A DNA stretch of 64,000 nt, from positions 160,001 to 224,000 of the forward strand of contig CAVSHO010000011.1 in the NCBI GenBank assembly GCA_963727825.1. The letters are read 5' to 3'. Shown here piece after piece: positions 44,462 through 55,779 of this stretch; the stretch's first letter is position 1, and every line of letters starts with the position of its first letter. Origin of the DNA: Ignavibacteriota bacterium. Lineage in GTDB: Bacteria > Bacteroidota > Ignavibacteria > UBA10030. The position numbers and the translations under genes were made by a program. The notes below the pieces were generated by a model. The model worked only from the letters and a program-made list of their open reading frames with translations. It had not been told where the DNA came from and made no database searches.

Positions 44462-45817
44462 TCATAAATCAGTGATTGGTTTATGTCGTGGAACCAGTAT
44501 TTTCATGAAACCCCATGCAGTCACATACGATAACGCACAAACAACGAACATAATCATATATGCTGTCTGTGGTGTTCCAATATAAAAATCTGTTAATCTA
44601 CCCGCTAATAATTGAATAACAACACCACCTATTCCACCTGCCATTGTACCAATACCAGTAATAGAAGCTACAGCTTTTTTAGGGAACATATCAGATACGG
44701 TTGTAAATAAATTAGCAGACCATGCTTGATGGGCAGCCGCACCTATGCAAATGATTGCCACGGCTAAATACATTGCCATTCCGCCAAAATGTTCTACATT
44801 GCCAAAATACTGTGTCAATAAAACAATAAGTGGAAACAGGGCAATTATTATCATAGTAGTCATTCGTGCCTTATAGATATGCATTCCTTTATTCATAAAT
44901 ATCATAGGAATACCGCCGCCGTATACGCTTCCAATAATTGAAATTCCATAGACAATAAAAGTAGGCCACTTTACTTCTGCCGGAGTCATTCCAAACTGTT
45001 TGATCAGATAATCCGGCAGCCAAAACAAATAGAACCACCAAACACCATCGGTAAGAAATTTGCCGAAAAAGAAAGACCATGTCTGGCGATAACTGAATAG
45101 CCTTCCCCATGGAACATGGGTACTGTCTTCTACTAATTTATCTGTTCCCTCGTCCGATGAATGGATATATTCGTACTCAGGTTTTAATAACTTTTTATGT
45201 TTTGAAGGAATTTCGTATAGCCAAAACCAGAAAATTAGCCATAAAAGTCCTATTGCACCTGTAACTATAAATGATATTTTCCAGCCAGCTTGATCGCCGT
45301 AAGTTACCATAATCCATGGTATTAACAATGCTGCAATCATAGCACCCATATTTGACCCGCTGTTAAAAATACCAAATGCAAGCGCTCGTTCTTTTTTGGG
45401 AAACCATTCAGCGACGGTTTTATTAGAAGCAGGGAAATTACCTGCCTCACCAACCGCGAATATACTCCTAATAAATACATGCACTGCAATAGTGGCACCC
45501 GCAAAAGCATTAGCTATACCTGCGAACGACCAAACTATCAAGGACCAAGCTAATCCAAGCTTTGTTCCTATTTTATCAATTAATCGACCTGCCCCAATCG
45601 TCATTCCGGCGTAAAAAGCCGTAAAGAATGCCGTAAGGTATGAAAAATCTGTATTGGTCCATCCGAAACCACCCGACTCAACCGATTTACAATAGAACGG
45701 TTTTAAATAACTGATTACCTGACGATCCATATAATTGATAGTCGTTGCAAAAAACAAAAGTGCACAGATCACCCACCGATAATTGCCAATTTTCATCTTC
45801 ATATCATCTGTCATCAT
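44462..45817 (-). CDS. exuT: MFS hexuronate transporter
   Basis: RWVICALLFFATTINYMDRQ, GEAGNFPA, EWFPKKERA, HQAWSAN. Confidence 0.8.
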   Translation of the reverse strand: MMTDDMKMKIGNYRWVICALLFFATTINYMDRQVISYLKPFYCKSVESGGFGWTNTDFSYLTAFFTAFYAGMTIGAGRLIDKIGTKLGLAWSLIVWSFAGIANAFAGATIAVHVFIRSIFAVGEAGNFPASNKTVAEWFPKKERALAFGIFNSGSNMGAMIAALLIPWIMVTYGDQAGWKISFIVTGAIGLLWLIFWFWLYEIPSKHKKLLKPEYEYIHSSDEGTDKLVEDSTHVPWGRLFSYRQTWSFFFGKFLTDGVWWFYLFWLPDYLIKQFGMTPAEVKWPTFIVYGISIIGSVYGGGIPMIFMNKGMHIYKARMTTMIIIALFPLIVLLTQYFGNVEHFGGMAMYLAVAIICIGAAAHQAWSANLFTTVSDMFPKKAVASITGIGTMAGGIGGVVIQLLAGRLTDFYIGTPQTAYMIMFVVCALSYVTAWGFMKILVPRHKPITDL

Positions 45818-46104
45818 TTTGTCCTTTTTAAATTCATTTGATTTATTATGAAAGTAGCTGATTTGCTTATTTGAATGCTAAAAATTTTTAGTTCTTTTTT
45901 TTCTGTGTTTGTTAATATAGTATAGATTTCTTGATTTTTCCAGAATTCTAATACTTTATATCCAAATATTTCCCTTCACTTTGTTTTCTATTAAACTAAA
46001 ACATGATCCTTATTGCTCGGTTTGCATTTACTTTGCTTTTACTGTATTTTTCCAATGTTATGTAAATAATTATATTCAATCAGTATCATACATACAAACC
46101 ATCA

Positions 46105-47457
46105 ATGACACGAACCTTTTTTCTTCTATCAATACTTTTCTATACAATATCTTTCAGTCAGTTTGGAGAAGATATGCATAGATCATCTCTAAGCTTTTTT
46201 AATCCAATTACCTTCGAAGCTGTTCCATATTGGAGTGAGGACACAACATCTATCGAACTTGCAGTTTTTTACCGGATTAATCCAGATATATTCTTTTTTG
46301 CTAAAACATACGCTGGACAGAACGAGGCATATGAGGCAAAGGGTGAATTAGTATTTGAAGTTTTTGATGAAAAAGATGTTGCCATTACACATAACTTTCG
46401 GCCTTTAAGGATCGAACGAAATTCGCTTCCAGCAGAAGGTGTTTCATTTTCAGAAGAATTACAAGGAACGCTTACATTTAAATTGAAAAAAGGATTGTAT
46501 AAAATTTTTGTAGAGACAAAAGACAGCGAATCCGGTAAATTATTTATTAATCGCGATACGAAAATTGATGCTCGAGCTTTTTCTTCCGATTTAAACTCAT
46601 CCCCTGCGATTTTTGTTGAGCCGATATCACTCGATACTTCTATAAACAATCGACTAACTTTCTTTCCGATTAATCGTGGAGGCAATGTTATTATAGGTCA
46701 AGCTGGAGGGTGTCTGATTCAGGTTATATCACCGGACACGAAAACGGCTATCCATCTCTCGTGGAAAGTGAACAGTAAAAACGAAAGTGATGAAAATATT
46801 CCGCAAGAATTACACGGTGAAAAATACATTCAGCAAAGCGGCATGCCTGTTATAATGGAGAATTCAAATCGCAATTCAATTACCACAAAAAGGGATTCGG
46901 AACGCAGCCGATTAATCTTTATTCCTTTTGCAATTGAACGATTAGAGACAGGCAAATATCAAATGACCGTAAAGATAACACAAGGATCGTTAAAGTTGAC
47001 AAAGGATTTCTTTTTCAACATTATCTGGCCATCGAAACCACATTCTCTCTCAGACTTTAAGCTGGCTGTCGAGGCGGTACGCTACATTGCGACAGAAGGA
47101 GAAATTGATAGTATGACGGCTTTCAGTTCCAGTAAATCGATGAATGCTTTCAGAACATTCTGGTACAAGCACAATCCGGATACAACGCGTGCTTTTAATC
47201 CTGCTATGGCAGAGTATTATCGCAGAGTCGATGAAACGATCAAGCGATTTTCTTCGGCTAACGAAATGGATGGCTATAGAACAGATCGTGGACGAATTTA
47301 TATTTTATTCGGTTCACCATCCATCGCAAATCGTTTGTTGAAACCTAATTCCGCGCCTACAGAAATTTGGACCTACGAAAAGCTTAAAAAAAGATTTACT
47401 TTTACAGACGAGAAGAAAACAGGAAACTATGTTTTAATTAAAATGGAGAAATATTGA
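46105..47457 (+). CDS. GWxTD-domain protein
   Basis: Signal peptide; FW...EYYRRV...GYRTDRGRIYILFGSP...EIWTY. Confidence 0.85.
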   Translation: MTRTFFLLSILFYTISFSQFGEDMHRSSLSFFNPITFEAVPYWSEDTTSIELAVFYRINPDIFFFAKTYAGQNEAYEAKGELVFEVFDEKDVAITHNFRPLRIERNSLPAEGVSFSEELQGTLTFKLKKGLYKIFVETKDSESGKLFINRDTKIDARAFSSDLNSSPAIFVEPISLDTSINNRLTFFPINRGGNVIIGQAGGCLIQVISPDTKTAIHLSWKVNSKNESDENIPQELHGEKYIQQSGMPVIMENSNRNSITTKRDSERSRLIFIPFAIERLETGKYQMTVKITQGSLKLTKDFFFNIIWPSKPHSLSDFKLAVEAVRYIATEGEIDSMTAFSSSKSMNAFRTFWYKHNPDTTRAFNPAMAEYYRRVDETIKRFSSANEMDGYRTDRGRIYILFGSPSIANRLLKPNSAPTEIWTYEKLKKRFTFTDEKKTGNYVLIKMEKY

Positions 47458-48458
47458 AACCGATTATAGCTATTACTATTGGCGACTTTAACGGTGTCGG
47501 TCCTGAACTCGCAATTAAATCAGCGGTAAATCAATCAGTATTAAAAAACTGTACCCCTCTGCTTGTTGGTCCTCTAAGAGTATTTGAACACACTGCAAAG
47601 CAATATAAGTTAAAATTTAAATTTGAAAGAGCTACTCTTGCATCACTCCAACGGCCGTCATCAAATACTACTCCTATTGTTGATGTTGCCGATGGTATCG
47701 GTGCAGATATCCAATATGGAATTCCAACTAAAGCTTCCGGAAGATCTGCCGGAAGCGCCATTGAACGAGCGGTTGAATTGTGCTTGCAAAATAAAGTAGC
47801 TGCAATGGTAACTGCACCGGTATCAAAAGAAGCGCTTAATTCTGCTGGTTTCAATTTTCCCGGTCAAACAGAAATGATTGCTCTGCTGACGAGTTCACAA
47901 AGTGTGGCAATGATGCTGATCTCTGATACAATGCGAGTTGGATTAGTTACAATCCATACCGGATTAAAAAACGTCGCGGCGCAAATATCCAAAGAAAAGG
48001 TCATTGAGAAGATTTCTATTATCGATAAATCGCTGAAGAAAGACTTCCGTTTAAAGAAACCAAAACTCGCCATTCTTGCTCTCAATCCGCATGGCGGCGA
48101 GAATGGTTTAATTGGAACGGAAGAAAACGAAGTTATTATTCCTGCAATTGCAGAGTCTCAATCAGCAGGAATTCTTGCCACAGGTCCCTTCCCCGCCGAT
48201 GCATTTTTTGGCAACAAATTGTATAAAAATTTTGATGTTATTGTGGCAATGTACCACGACCAAGGTCTAATTCCGTTAAAGATGAATTCCTTTAGCAAAG
48301 GAGTTAACTTTTCAGCAGGACTTAAGATCATACGCACATCGCCTGACCATGGCACTGCATATGATATTGCGGGAAAGAATAAAGCTAATATATCTAGTAT
48401 GCTCGAAGCAATCAAAATAGCATTGACAATATCAAAGAATAGGCGGAAAAATGATTGA
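47454..48458 (+). CDS. pdxA: 4-hydroxythreonine-4-phosphate dehydrogenase
   Basis: GDFNGVGPE, TAPVSK, LNPHGGE, AMYHDQGL, RTSPDHGTAYDIAG. Confidence 0.95.
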   Translation: MKPIIAITIGDFNGVGPELAIKSAVNQSVLKNCTPLLVGPLRVFEHTAKQYKLKFKFERATLASLQRPSSNTTPIVDVADGIGADIQYGIPTKASGRSAGSAIERAVELCLQNKVAAMVTAPVSKEALNSAGFNFPGQTEMIALLTSSQSVAMMLISDTMRVGLVTIHTGLKNVAAQISKEKVIEKISIIDKSLKKDFRLKKPKLAILALNPHGGENGLIGTEENEVIIPAIAESQSAGILATGPFPADAFFGNKLYKNFDVIVAMYHDQGLIPLKMNSFSKGVNFSAGLKIIRTSPDHGTAYDIAGKNKANISSMLEAIKIALTISKNRRKND

Positions 48459-49122
48459 TATACAAAACGTTAGTGTTTCATTCGACAACCAGCGTGTACT
48501 TGACGGTATAAATTTTTCGATGAAACAGAGCGAGTTTGTCTACTTGGTCGGTCAAACAGGTATGGGCAAAAGTACTCTAATGCGTTTGATGTATTTTGAT
48601 TTACTGCCATCTTCGGGCAAAGTAAGAGTTGCTAGTTATGATTCTGCTTCTATTACAAGCCGACAGATACCTCGCATACGACGACGGCTTGGAATTGTAT
48701 TCCAGGACTTTAAATTGCTGGAAGATCGCAATGTGTATGATAACGTTGCATTTGCATTATTTGTTACGAATGCACAACGCAGCGAAATCAAAAAGAAAGT
48801 ATTGCATGTTCTTGCCGATGTTGGTATAAGTCATAAGCGTTATCAGATGCCGAACGAATTATCCGGTGGCGAACAGCAACGCATAGTTATTGCGCGTGCT
48901 CTGGTAAACGAGCCGGTTGTTTTATTAGCAGATGAGCCTACTGGTAATCTTGATCCGACATCTTCTGCAGAAATCATGGAACTTCTCACAAAAATCAATA
49001 TGCGCGGCACCGCCATCCTGATGGCAACTCATAACTATGATCTCGTTAAAAAATATCCTGCTAGAGTTGTTCAGCTAAAGGAAGGAAAACTTTTCGAAGT
49101 GGAAATGAAAAAAGTGAAATAG
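48451..49122 (+). CDS. ftsE: Cell division ABC ATPase
   Basis: GQTGMGKST, RRRLGIVFQDFKLL, LSGGEQQR, LADEPTGNLD, MATH. Confidence 0.85.
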   Translation: MIDIQNVSVSFDNQRVLDGINFSMKQSEFVYLVGQTGMGKSTLMRLMYFDLLPSSGKVRVASYDSASITSRQIPRIRRRLGIVFQDFKLLEDRNVYDNVAFALFVTNAQRSEIKKKVLHVLADVGISHKRYQMPNELSGGEQQRIVIARALVNEPVVLLADEPTGNLDPTSSAEIMELLTKINMRGTAILMATHNYDLVKKYPARVVQLKEGKLFEVEMKKVK

Positions 49123-49204
49123 AATTTAAAGCCTTTGCGAGATCACAAAGTTTAACTTAGTTATATTGCGAAAGTGCCATAGATATTTTACAAAAGTTTT
49201 TCGG

Positions 49205-49435
49205 CTATTTTACCTGTTCAACTCGCTTTACTTCTGGATGCTCGATCATTAATGCGCGCTCGATACCCGCACGCAATGTCATTAACGACATTGGACAGCC
49301 CACGCATGATCCAAGTAATCGCACTTCAATAATACCGTTATCTTTGACCTGCACTAATTGAACATCTCCGCCATCTATCGCGAGAAAAATACGAAGACGC
49401 GAAAGACTTACTTCAATTTCTTGTGATGTTAACAC
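49205..49435 (-). CDS. NifU-C/Nfu-type Fe-S carrier
   Basis: DGGDVQLV...LLGSCVGCPMS..TL..GIE. Confidence 0.9.
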   Translation of the reverse strand: MLTSQEIEVSLSRLRIFLAIDGGDVQLVQVKDNGIIEVRLLGSCVGCPMSLMTLRAGIERALMIEHPEVKRVEQVK

Positions 49436-49439
49436 TTCA

Positions 49440-49979
49440 TTACCCTTTTAAGAATAAATCAATTCTCTTTTTTTGTCGAAGATGATGTCGGTAGTGCATT
49501 ACAATTAATTGATACCATTCCTTTGCTCCCAAATATCCAAACGCTGGATGCTTAGCTTTTCCGAAATGAACTGCATTATCAATTTCACCAGATAAATTTT
49601 GAAGTCGTTTTTGTAACAATCCCATTCCTGCCAAAATATTTTCTCTACTTTCTGGTTGTTTTGGAGTATAAGTTGGAGACGGCGGTACTTTGACACGAAC
49701 CGGCGGAAATGAATTTATACAAAACATCAGTTTGCCGGGGAAACTCTTTTTTTCTTTCTGATTTGCGTTGTTTGAAAGGCATTGTTCAATTTGCTTTATT
49801 TGGTAGTTTAATGTTCCAAACACAAGATGCCCATATACCTGTCCTATAGACCAACTCTCGGAGGAAGGTTTCTTGGAAAATTGTTCATCAGAATATTTTC
49901 CTAACTCTGATTCCCAAATACTAGATATTTGCAAATACTTATCAAATAAATCTTCCGTTGTCATTTTTCCAGTCAGCAT
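49440..49979 (-). CDS. DinB-family protein
   Basis: WSIGQVYGHL, HPAFG, HYRHHLRQ. Confidence 0.85.
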   Translation of the reverse strand: MLTGKMTTEDLFDKYLQISSIWESELGKYSDEQFSKKPSSESWSIGQVYGHLVFGTLNYQIKQIEQCLSNNANQKEKKSFPGKLMFCINSFPPVRVKVPPSPTYTPKQPESRENILAGMGLLQKRLQNLSGEIDNAVHFGKAKHPAFGYLGAKEWYQLIVMHYRHHLRQKKRIDLFLKG

Positions 49980-50003
49980 TATATATAGATAGATACTCTA
50001 ACA

Positions 50004-51102
50004 TTAATTCTGATTTGGCATCAATATTTCTATCTTTGGCATTGATGGCGTTCCAAGATATTGAATACTTATCTGTGCCGCAAGCTGTCTTGCTATGCTT
50101 TGAATAATTTTTCCCTGTTGAGAGTCCAGTTCTCCATGAACGATTGGGTTACCCTTATCTCCTCCTATCCGCACCTTTATATCAATTGGAATTTCGCCAA
50201 GGAACGGAACATTAAGCTCTTCAGCTGTTCGCTTACCGCCTCCGCTGTCAAATATATTTTCGCGTTGGCCGCAGTGATTGCAAATGAAGTAACTCATATT
50301 CTCAATAATACCCAATACCGGAACATTAACCTTATTGAACATTACCAATCCCTTCTTTGCATCTGCAAGCGCCACATCCTGCGGTGTTGTAACAATAACT
50401 GCGCCTGTCAACGGAATTGTTTGTACAAGCGTTAGCTGAACATCGCCTGTACCCGGAGGCAAATCAAAAATTAGATAATCCAATTCGCCCCAATTTACAT
50501 CCGACATAAATTGCTTTACTGCGCCGCTTGCCATAGGTCCTCGCCAAATAACGGCTTCCATCGGATCGACAAGGAAACCGATCGACATAATTTTTACACC
50601 ATAACGTTCCAATGGTTGAAGTTTATTATCCAATACTTTCGGTCGATCATTGATACCGAACATAAGCGGAATACTTGGTCCATAGACGTCGGCGTCGACA
50701 AGCCCGACCTTTGCACCATCCATAGCAAGTGCTACGGCAAGATTCACGGCAACTGTCGATTTACCAACGCCGCCTTTTCCACTTGCCACAGCAATTGTAT
50801 TCTTCACGCCGGGTAATATAGTAACTTTTTGTGCATGCGTATTTCGCTGGACATTTGAAGTCATATTGATATCGATCTTTTCTACTTCTTCAATGGTACT
50901 GCGAATAGCTTTTTCACACTCTACAATGAATTGATCCCGAACCGGACATGCCGGTGTCGTTAGCTGCAGATCGAATTTCACATTGCTTCCGGTGATAATC
51001 AGATTCTTAACAAATCCAAGTTCCACAATATTACGGTGCAAATCAGGGTCTTTGACTTGTTTCAGTGATTCTAAGAATATTTTCTTCTGTCAGTTTCAGC
51101 AT
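50004..51102 (-). CDS. mrp: Mrp/ApbC (NBP35-family) Fe-S cluster carrier ATPase
   Basis: SGKGGVGKST, DADVYGPS, WRGPM, DLPPGTGD, ENMS..CNHC; N-terminus MLKLTEE..LKQVKDPDL from ATG 51102 needs a 1-nt correction. Confidence 0.92.
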
Positions 51103-51182
51103 ATTATTGATTTTTCTTTTTTATTGAATTTATAAGTTTGATGATTCAAATGATAAAACGAATGATGTAGATATTCAGTTCC

Positions 51183-52601
51183 CTATCCTTTTATCACTCC
51201 AATTGGAATCATCTTTGCAACTTTGCGCGAGATACCTGCATTGTGTACGACATCTACGACATCGCTTACATCTTTGTACGCCTCGGGCTTTTCTTCTGTC
51301 AAACCGCTCCTGGACGCGCTGCGTACGTGAATGCCTTTTTCTTTTAGCTGATGAATCAATTCCTCAGCGTTTGCATTTCGTTTCGCCGCATGCCGGCTCA
51401 TTGCTCTGCCAGCACCGTGACAAGTCGAGCCAAAAGTCTCTGCCATTGCCCGCTCTGTGCCAACTAATACATACGAACAGGTGCCCATACTACCAGGAAT
51501 CAGGACAGGTTGTCCAACATTAAAATAGTCTTTTGGAATTTCTGGCCTATGTTTTGGGAAAGCACGCGTGGCTCCTTTTCGATGCACCAATACTCGTCCT
51601 CCGACACTGTGAGTTTCTTCTTTTGCAATATTGTGGGCTACATCATAAACTAACTTTAATTCACTATTCCCCAGAATATTCTTAAATGCCTGCCGAGTCC
51701 AATGACTCATCATCTGGCGATTGGCAAATGCAAAATTTGCGGCTGCTGCCATTGCCTTCAAATAACGTTGACCTTCTTGAGATTTAATTGGCACACAAGC
51801 AAGCTGACGATCTACTACTTTGATGCCGTACTTCGGCATCGCTTCCTGCATCTCTTCCAAATAATCTGTACAGACTTGATGACCAAGGCCGCGAGAGCCA
51901 CTGTGAATCATAACTACAATTTGATTAAGCCACAAACCAAAAGTTCTCGCTGCTTCTTCGTCAAATATTTCTTTTACATACTGAACTTCGATAAAATGAT
52001 TGCCAGAACCTAATGTACCAAGCTGATCTCGTCCCCGTTGTTTTGCGCGGCGGCTGACTTCTTTTAGATCAGCGGTGGCAATTGTGCCGCGTTCTTCGAT
52101 GTGATCAATATCAGACATAGTACCATAACCATTCTCAACAGCCCAACTTGCACCTTTTTCTAATACTTCATCAAGTTGCTCGAATGACAAATCAATAATT
52201 CCAGATTTGCCCGCTCCGCAAGGAATATCGTTGAATAACTGATTAAGCAACGTGTCAAGTTTCGGTTTTAATTCGTCCAGCAATATATTCGATGCAAGCA
52301 GCCGTACACCACAATTAATATCAAAACCAACGCCGCCCGCCGAGACGATCCCTTTTTCGATATCTGCCGCTGCTACTCCACCAATTGCAAAACCATAACC
52401 TTGATGTGCATCTGGCATTGCAAGCGACCGACCAACCAACCCAGGAAGTGTCGCCACATTGGCAATCTGAGTTAATGTCTGATCCTTTTCGATGGCAATA
52501 ATGAGTTCATCATTAGCATAAATCAATCCCTCTACCTTCATACCCGCTTGAAAGGATTTCGGAATTACGTAGCGATAATCGTCTAATTTCTTGAGTGTCA
52601 T
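51183..52601 (-). CDS. rtcB: RtcB RNA ligase
   Basis: MPDAHQGYG, DINCG, GSGNHF, HSGSRG, HRKGAT, PGSMG, HGAGR, YKD. Confidence 0.95.
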   Translation of the reverse strand: MTLKKLDDYRYVIPKSFQAGMKVEGLIYANDELIIAIEKDQTLTQIANVATLPGLVGRSLAMPDAHQGYGFAIGGVAAADIEKGIVSAGGVGFDINCGVRLLASNILLDELKPKLDTLLNQLFNDIPCGAGKSGIIDLSFEQLDEVLEKGASWAVENGYGTMSDIDHIEERGTIATADLKEVSRRAKQRGRDQLGTLGSGNHFIEVQYVKEIFDEEAARTFGLWLNQIVVMIHSGSRGLGHQVCTDYLEEMQEAMPKYGIKVVDRQLACVPIKSQEGQRYLKAMAAAANFAFANRQMMSHWTRQAFKNILGNSELKLVYDVAHNIAKEETHSVGGRVLVHRKGATRAFPKHRPEIPKDYFNVGQPVLIPGSMGTCSYVLVGTERAMAETFGSTCHGAGRAMSRHAAKRNANAEELIHQLKEKGIHVRSASRSGLTEEKPEAYKDVSDVVDVVHNAGISRKVAKMIPIGVIKG

Positions 52602-52604
52602 CTC

Positions 52605-53024
52605 TTAGATGTCCACAAACACACGCGCTGTCCAATCTCCGCTATGTCCCTCAATCTTGAGCTGATGATATGTGATAGCTTTAACGTCGAGGTTGAGGTT
52701 GTGCTTAGCAGCATTAAATGGTTCACCTAAAATTTTTGCTTTCAACAACGTATCACTAAGCACCTCGAATTCTACTGCTGCAGTTAAAAACCTTTCAGCA
52801 TCACATAGGAAGAGAACCTCTGTTAACCATCGAACAAGCAAGTTTTCGCGGTCGATTGCAGGAATGCTTATTGTTCGTTCTATAAGGGGTTCAATTATTG
52901 AAGTTCCCGCAATCACAAATATCAATCCGAGAGCAGCATTGCGATACATCTCCTCTCTCGTACTTCCATGAGCCTCAATGCCTAAATCGGATGGATGTTC
53001 AAGTATTTCGTATGCCGGTGTCAA
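52605..53024 (-). CDS. Archease
   Basis: EHPSDLG, VKAITYH, VFVDI C-terminus; immediately upstream of rtcB. Confidence 0.9.
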   Translation of the reverse strand: MTPAYEILEHPSDLGIEAHGSTREEMYRNAALGLIFVIAGTSIIEPLIERTISIPAIDRENLLVRWLTEVLFLCDAERFLTAAVEFEVLSDTLLKAKILGEPFNAAKHNLNLDVKAITYHQLKIEGHSGDWTARVFVDI

Positions 53025-53030
53025 TTCAAA

Positions 53031-53942
53031 CTACATTAAGGTTTTACCGCTTAATTTTTTCAATGCCTCTAAGTAGAGTGCGGAGGTTTTTAAGATTATA
53101 TCTATCGGTAATTTGGGTGCAGGCGGTTTTTTGTCGAAGTTAATAGAAAGAAGATAATCACGCACGAATTGTTTATCATAACTTTCTTGTGCGCGGCCAG
53201 CCTGGTATTTGTCTTTCGGCCAAAAACGTGAAGAATCCGGCGTGAGCAATTCATCAATAAGAATCAATTCGCCGTTTTCATTCAATCCATATTCCATCTT
53301 TGTATCGGCAATAATAATGCCCTTCTTCTCTGCTAACTCCGCTCCATGACAATATATTTTCAGAGAGACATCTCTGACTTTCTCAGCAAGTTCTCTACCA
53401 ATAATGTTTGCCATCTGGTCAAACGAAATACTTTCGTCGTGTTTTCCGACTTCTTCCTTTGTCGTCGGTGTGAAAATTGGCTCTGGCAACTTGGATGATT
53501 CAACAAGTCCATCCGGTAATTGAACTCCACAGACACTTTTTCTTTTCTGATATTCGTTCCATCCAGAACCAGAGAGATACCCGCGGACGATACATTCAAC
53601 CGCCAATGGCTTCGTCTTCTTCACAAACATTGAACGATCTCCAAGAGACTCCCAATATGGCTTGCACGCGGAGGGAAAATCGTACACGATTGAAGAAATA
53701 AGATGATCGGGGATAATATCCTTCGTTTGTTCAAACCAGAAATCGGAGATTTGCGTTAACACTTTTCCTTTATACGGAATGCCTTCATTCATCACAACAT
53801 CAAACGCTGAAAGTCGGTCGGTTGCGACGATAAGCAGTGCTTCACCGAAATCATATATATCCCGCACTTTGCCGCGATTTATCAATTTCAAGGTGGGGAA
53901 ATTTGTTTGCGTGACAACCGGTTCCATTATATTGCTTATCAT
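53031..53942 (-). CDS. purC: SAICAR synthase
   Basis: [43 protein letters not shown]. Confidence 0.95.
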   Translation of the reverse strand: MISNIMEPVVTQTNFPTLKLINRGKVRDIYDFGEALLIVATDRLSAFDVVMNEGIPYKGKVLTQISDFWFEQTKDIIPDHLISSIVYDFPSACKPYWESLGDRSMFVKKTKPLAVECIVRGYLSGSGWNEYQKRKSVCGVQLPDGLVESSKLPEPIFTPTTKEEVGKHDESISFDQMANIIGRELAEKVRDVSLKIYCHGAELAEKKGIIIADTKMEYGLNENGELILIDELLTPDSSRFWPKDKYQAGRAQESYDKQFVRDYLLSINFDKKPPAPKLPIDIILKTSALYLEALKKLSGKTLM

Positions 53943-54550
53943 AATTCCTCATCGATGAATGAACAGTTAATTGTAAGTGATTTTTCCAATCTTTTCATAT
54001 ATTCACTGTGCGGAATCTCGCGCGCTCCAAATCTTTCCAAGTGTGGCGTCAGATACTGGGTATCAAGCAATGAGAAGCCGCGTTCCATCATTCTTTTAAC
54101 AAGATAAACGAGGGCAATCTTAGAAGCATCCCGTGTTCTGCTGAACATCGACTCGCCGAAAAACGCTCCGCGAATTGCAACGCCGTAGAGACCGCCGACT
54201 AGTTTGTCATCTCTCCATATTTCAACACTGTGCGCTAATCCAAGTTGATAAAGCTGCATATAACTTTGTATAATCGTTTCCGAGATCCATGTCTCCTCTC
54301 GCTCTGCACACGCACGCATCACTTCTTCAAACCGCGTATTAATACGAACTTCAAACTCTCCTTTCCTCAGTGTCAACTTGAGACTTCGCGGAATATGAAA
54401 CTCATTCAAATCAAATATCGTGCGTGGATCTGGTGCGTACCAACTTATTTCACCCGTTTTCGGATCCGCCATCGGGAAATATCCATTGCAGTATGCCGTA
54501 CATAAAAATTGCGGATCGATAATTTTAATTTGTGACGAATGCGCCTGCAT
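53939..54550 (-). CDS. aat: Leucyl/phenylalanyl-tRNA-protein transferase
   Basis: [36 protein letters not shown]. Confidence 0.93.
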   Translation of the reverse strand: MQAHSSQIKIIDPQFLCTAYCNGYFPMADPKTGEISWYAPDPRTIFDLNEFHIPRSLKLTLRKGEFEVRINTRFEEVMRACAEREETWISETIIQSYMQLYQLGLAHSVEIWRDDKLVGGLYGVAIRGAFFGESMFSRTRDASKIALVYLVKRMMERGFSLLDTQYLTPHLERFGAREIPHSEYMKRLEKSLTINCSFIDEEL

Positions 54551-54603
54551 TGTTTGTTGGCAATTCCGAATTAAATTATCATGATATCAGCAGCTTTCAA
54601 GTT

Positions 54604-55698
54604 TTATTCTCCAAATGAAGTCCCGACCATTTTGGCAGCATGAATATATTGCGAATCAAGCGGCACAGTTCGGAGTTTCAAAATTGCATCTTTAACAGAC
54701 ACAGCAACAACTTCGGTTCCACGTAAACTAACCATATATCCGAATTTACCTTGCTCTGCCAATTCAAGCGCCATTGCACCGAATCTTGTAGCGAGGATAC
54801 GATCGTATGGAGTTGGACTGCCGCCGCGCAAAACATGTCCCAAAACAACGACGCGTGTTTCAAGTCCGGTTGCTTCTTCAATCTTTCGTCCAACCAGATC
54901 ACCGATTCCGCCTAAACGTACCGGGTCTGTGCGCTTTTTATCCATTTCTTTTACAACTACATCACCTTCGGCGGGTTTTGCGCCCTCTGCTACACAAATA
55001 ATGCTGAACCTGTTCCCGCGTTTGCTACGAAGAAGGACATGTTCATACACTTTATCCCACTTAAACGGAATTTCTGGAATTAAAATCGCATCTGCACCTC
55101 CGGCAATTCCAGCGCCAAGTGCAATCCATCCCGCATACCGTCCCATCACTTCTACTACCATGACGCGATGATGCGACGAAGCAGTTGTGTGAAGGCGATC
55201 TATCGCTTCAGTTGCAACCGAGACAGCGGAATCATAACCAAATGTCACATCAGTTGCGGAAAGATCATTATCGATAGTTTTGGGAACACCTATTAAATTC
55301 AAGCCAAGTTCTGTGAAGCGATCTACAATGTGCATTGTTCCATCGCCGCCAACTGCAATAAGCGCATCTAAATTCCAGTCGCGATAATTCTGAATTGCTT
55401 GAGACGAATAATCGAGAATATCAATACCTTGCGGTGTCTCTACTGGAAATTGGAATGGATTTCCTTTGTTAGAGGTACCAAGAATTGTTCCACCCATATT
55501 GACGATGCCTCCGACATCTTTCGGTGTTAATTCACGCATTCGCCCTTCCACAAGACCTTCAAAACCATCCAAAATTCCGATAATAGTTGAATTAAATTGT
55601 GTCATAGCTGGTTTTGCAATACTACGAATAACAGCATTCAAACCGGGGCAATCCCCGCCGCCAGTAAGAATTCCGATTCTTCTTAAATTGTTTTTCAC
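54604..55698 (-). CDS. pfkA: 6-phosphofructokinase
   Basis: GGGDCPGLN, GGDGT, PKTIDND, EVMGRYAG, LGHVLRGG. Confidence 0.92.
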   Translation of the reverse strand: MKNNLRRIGILTGGGDCPGLNAVIRSIAKPAMTQFNSTIIGILDGFEGLVEGRMRELTPKDVGGIVNMGGTILGTSNKGNPFQFPVETPQGIDILDYSSQAIQNYRDWNLDALIAVGGDGTMHIVDRFTELGLNLIGVPKTIDNDLSATDVTFGYDSAVSVATEAIDRLHTTASSHHRVMVVEVMGRYAGWIALGAGIAGGADAILIPEIPFKWDKVYEHVLLRSKRGNRFSIICVAEGAKPAEGDVVVKEMDKKRTDPVRLGGIGDLVGRKIEEATGLETRVVVLGHVLRGGSPTPYDRILATRFGAMALELAEQGKFGYMVSLRGTEVVAVSVKDAILKLRTVPLDSQYIHAAKMVGTSFGE

Positions 55699-55779
55699 TT
55701 TATTACCTTAATTGTGAACAATTCCTCTTCTTAAATATACAAAAAAGAGCACTGTATTTCCACCGGCTCTATCAAACGG

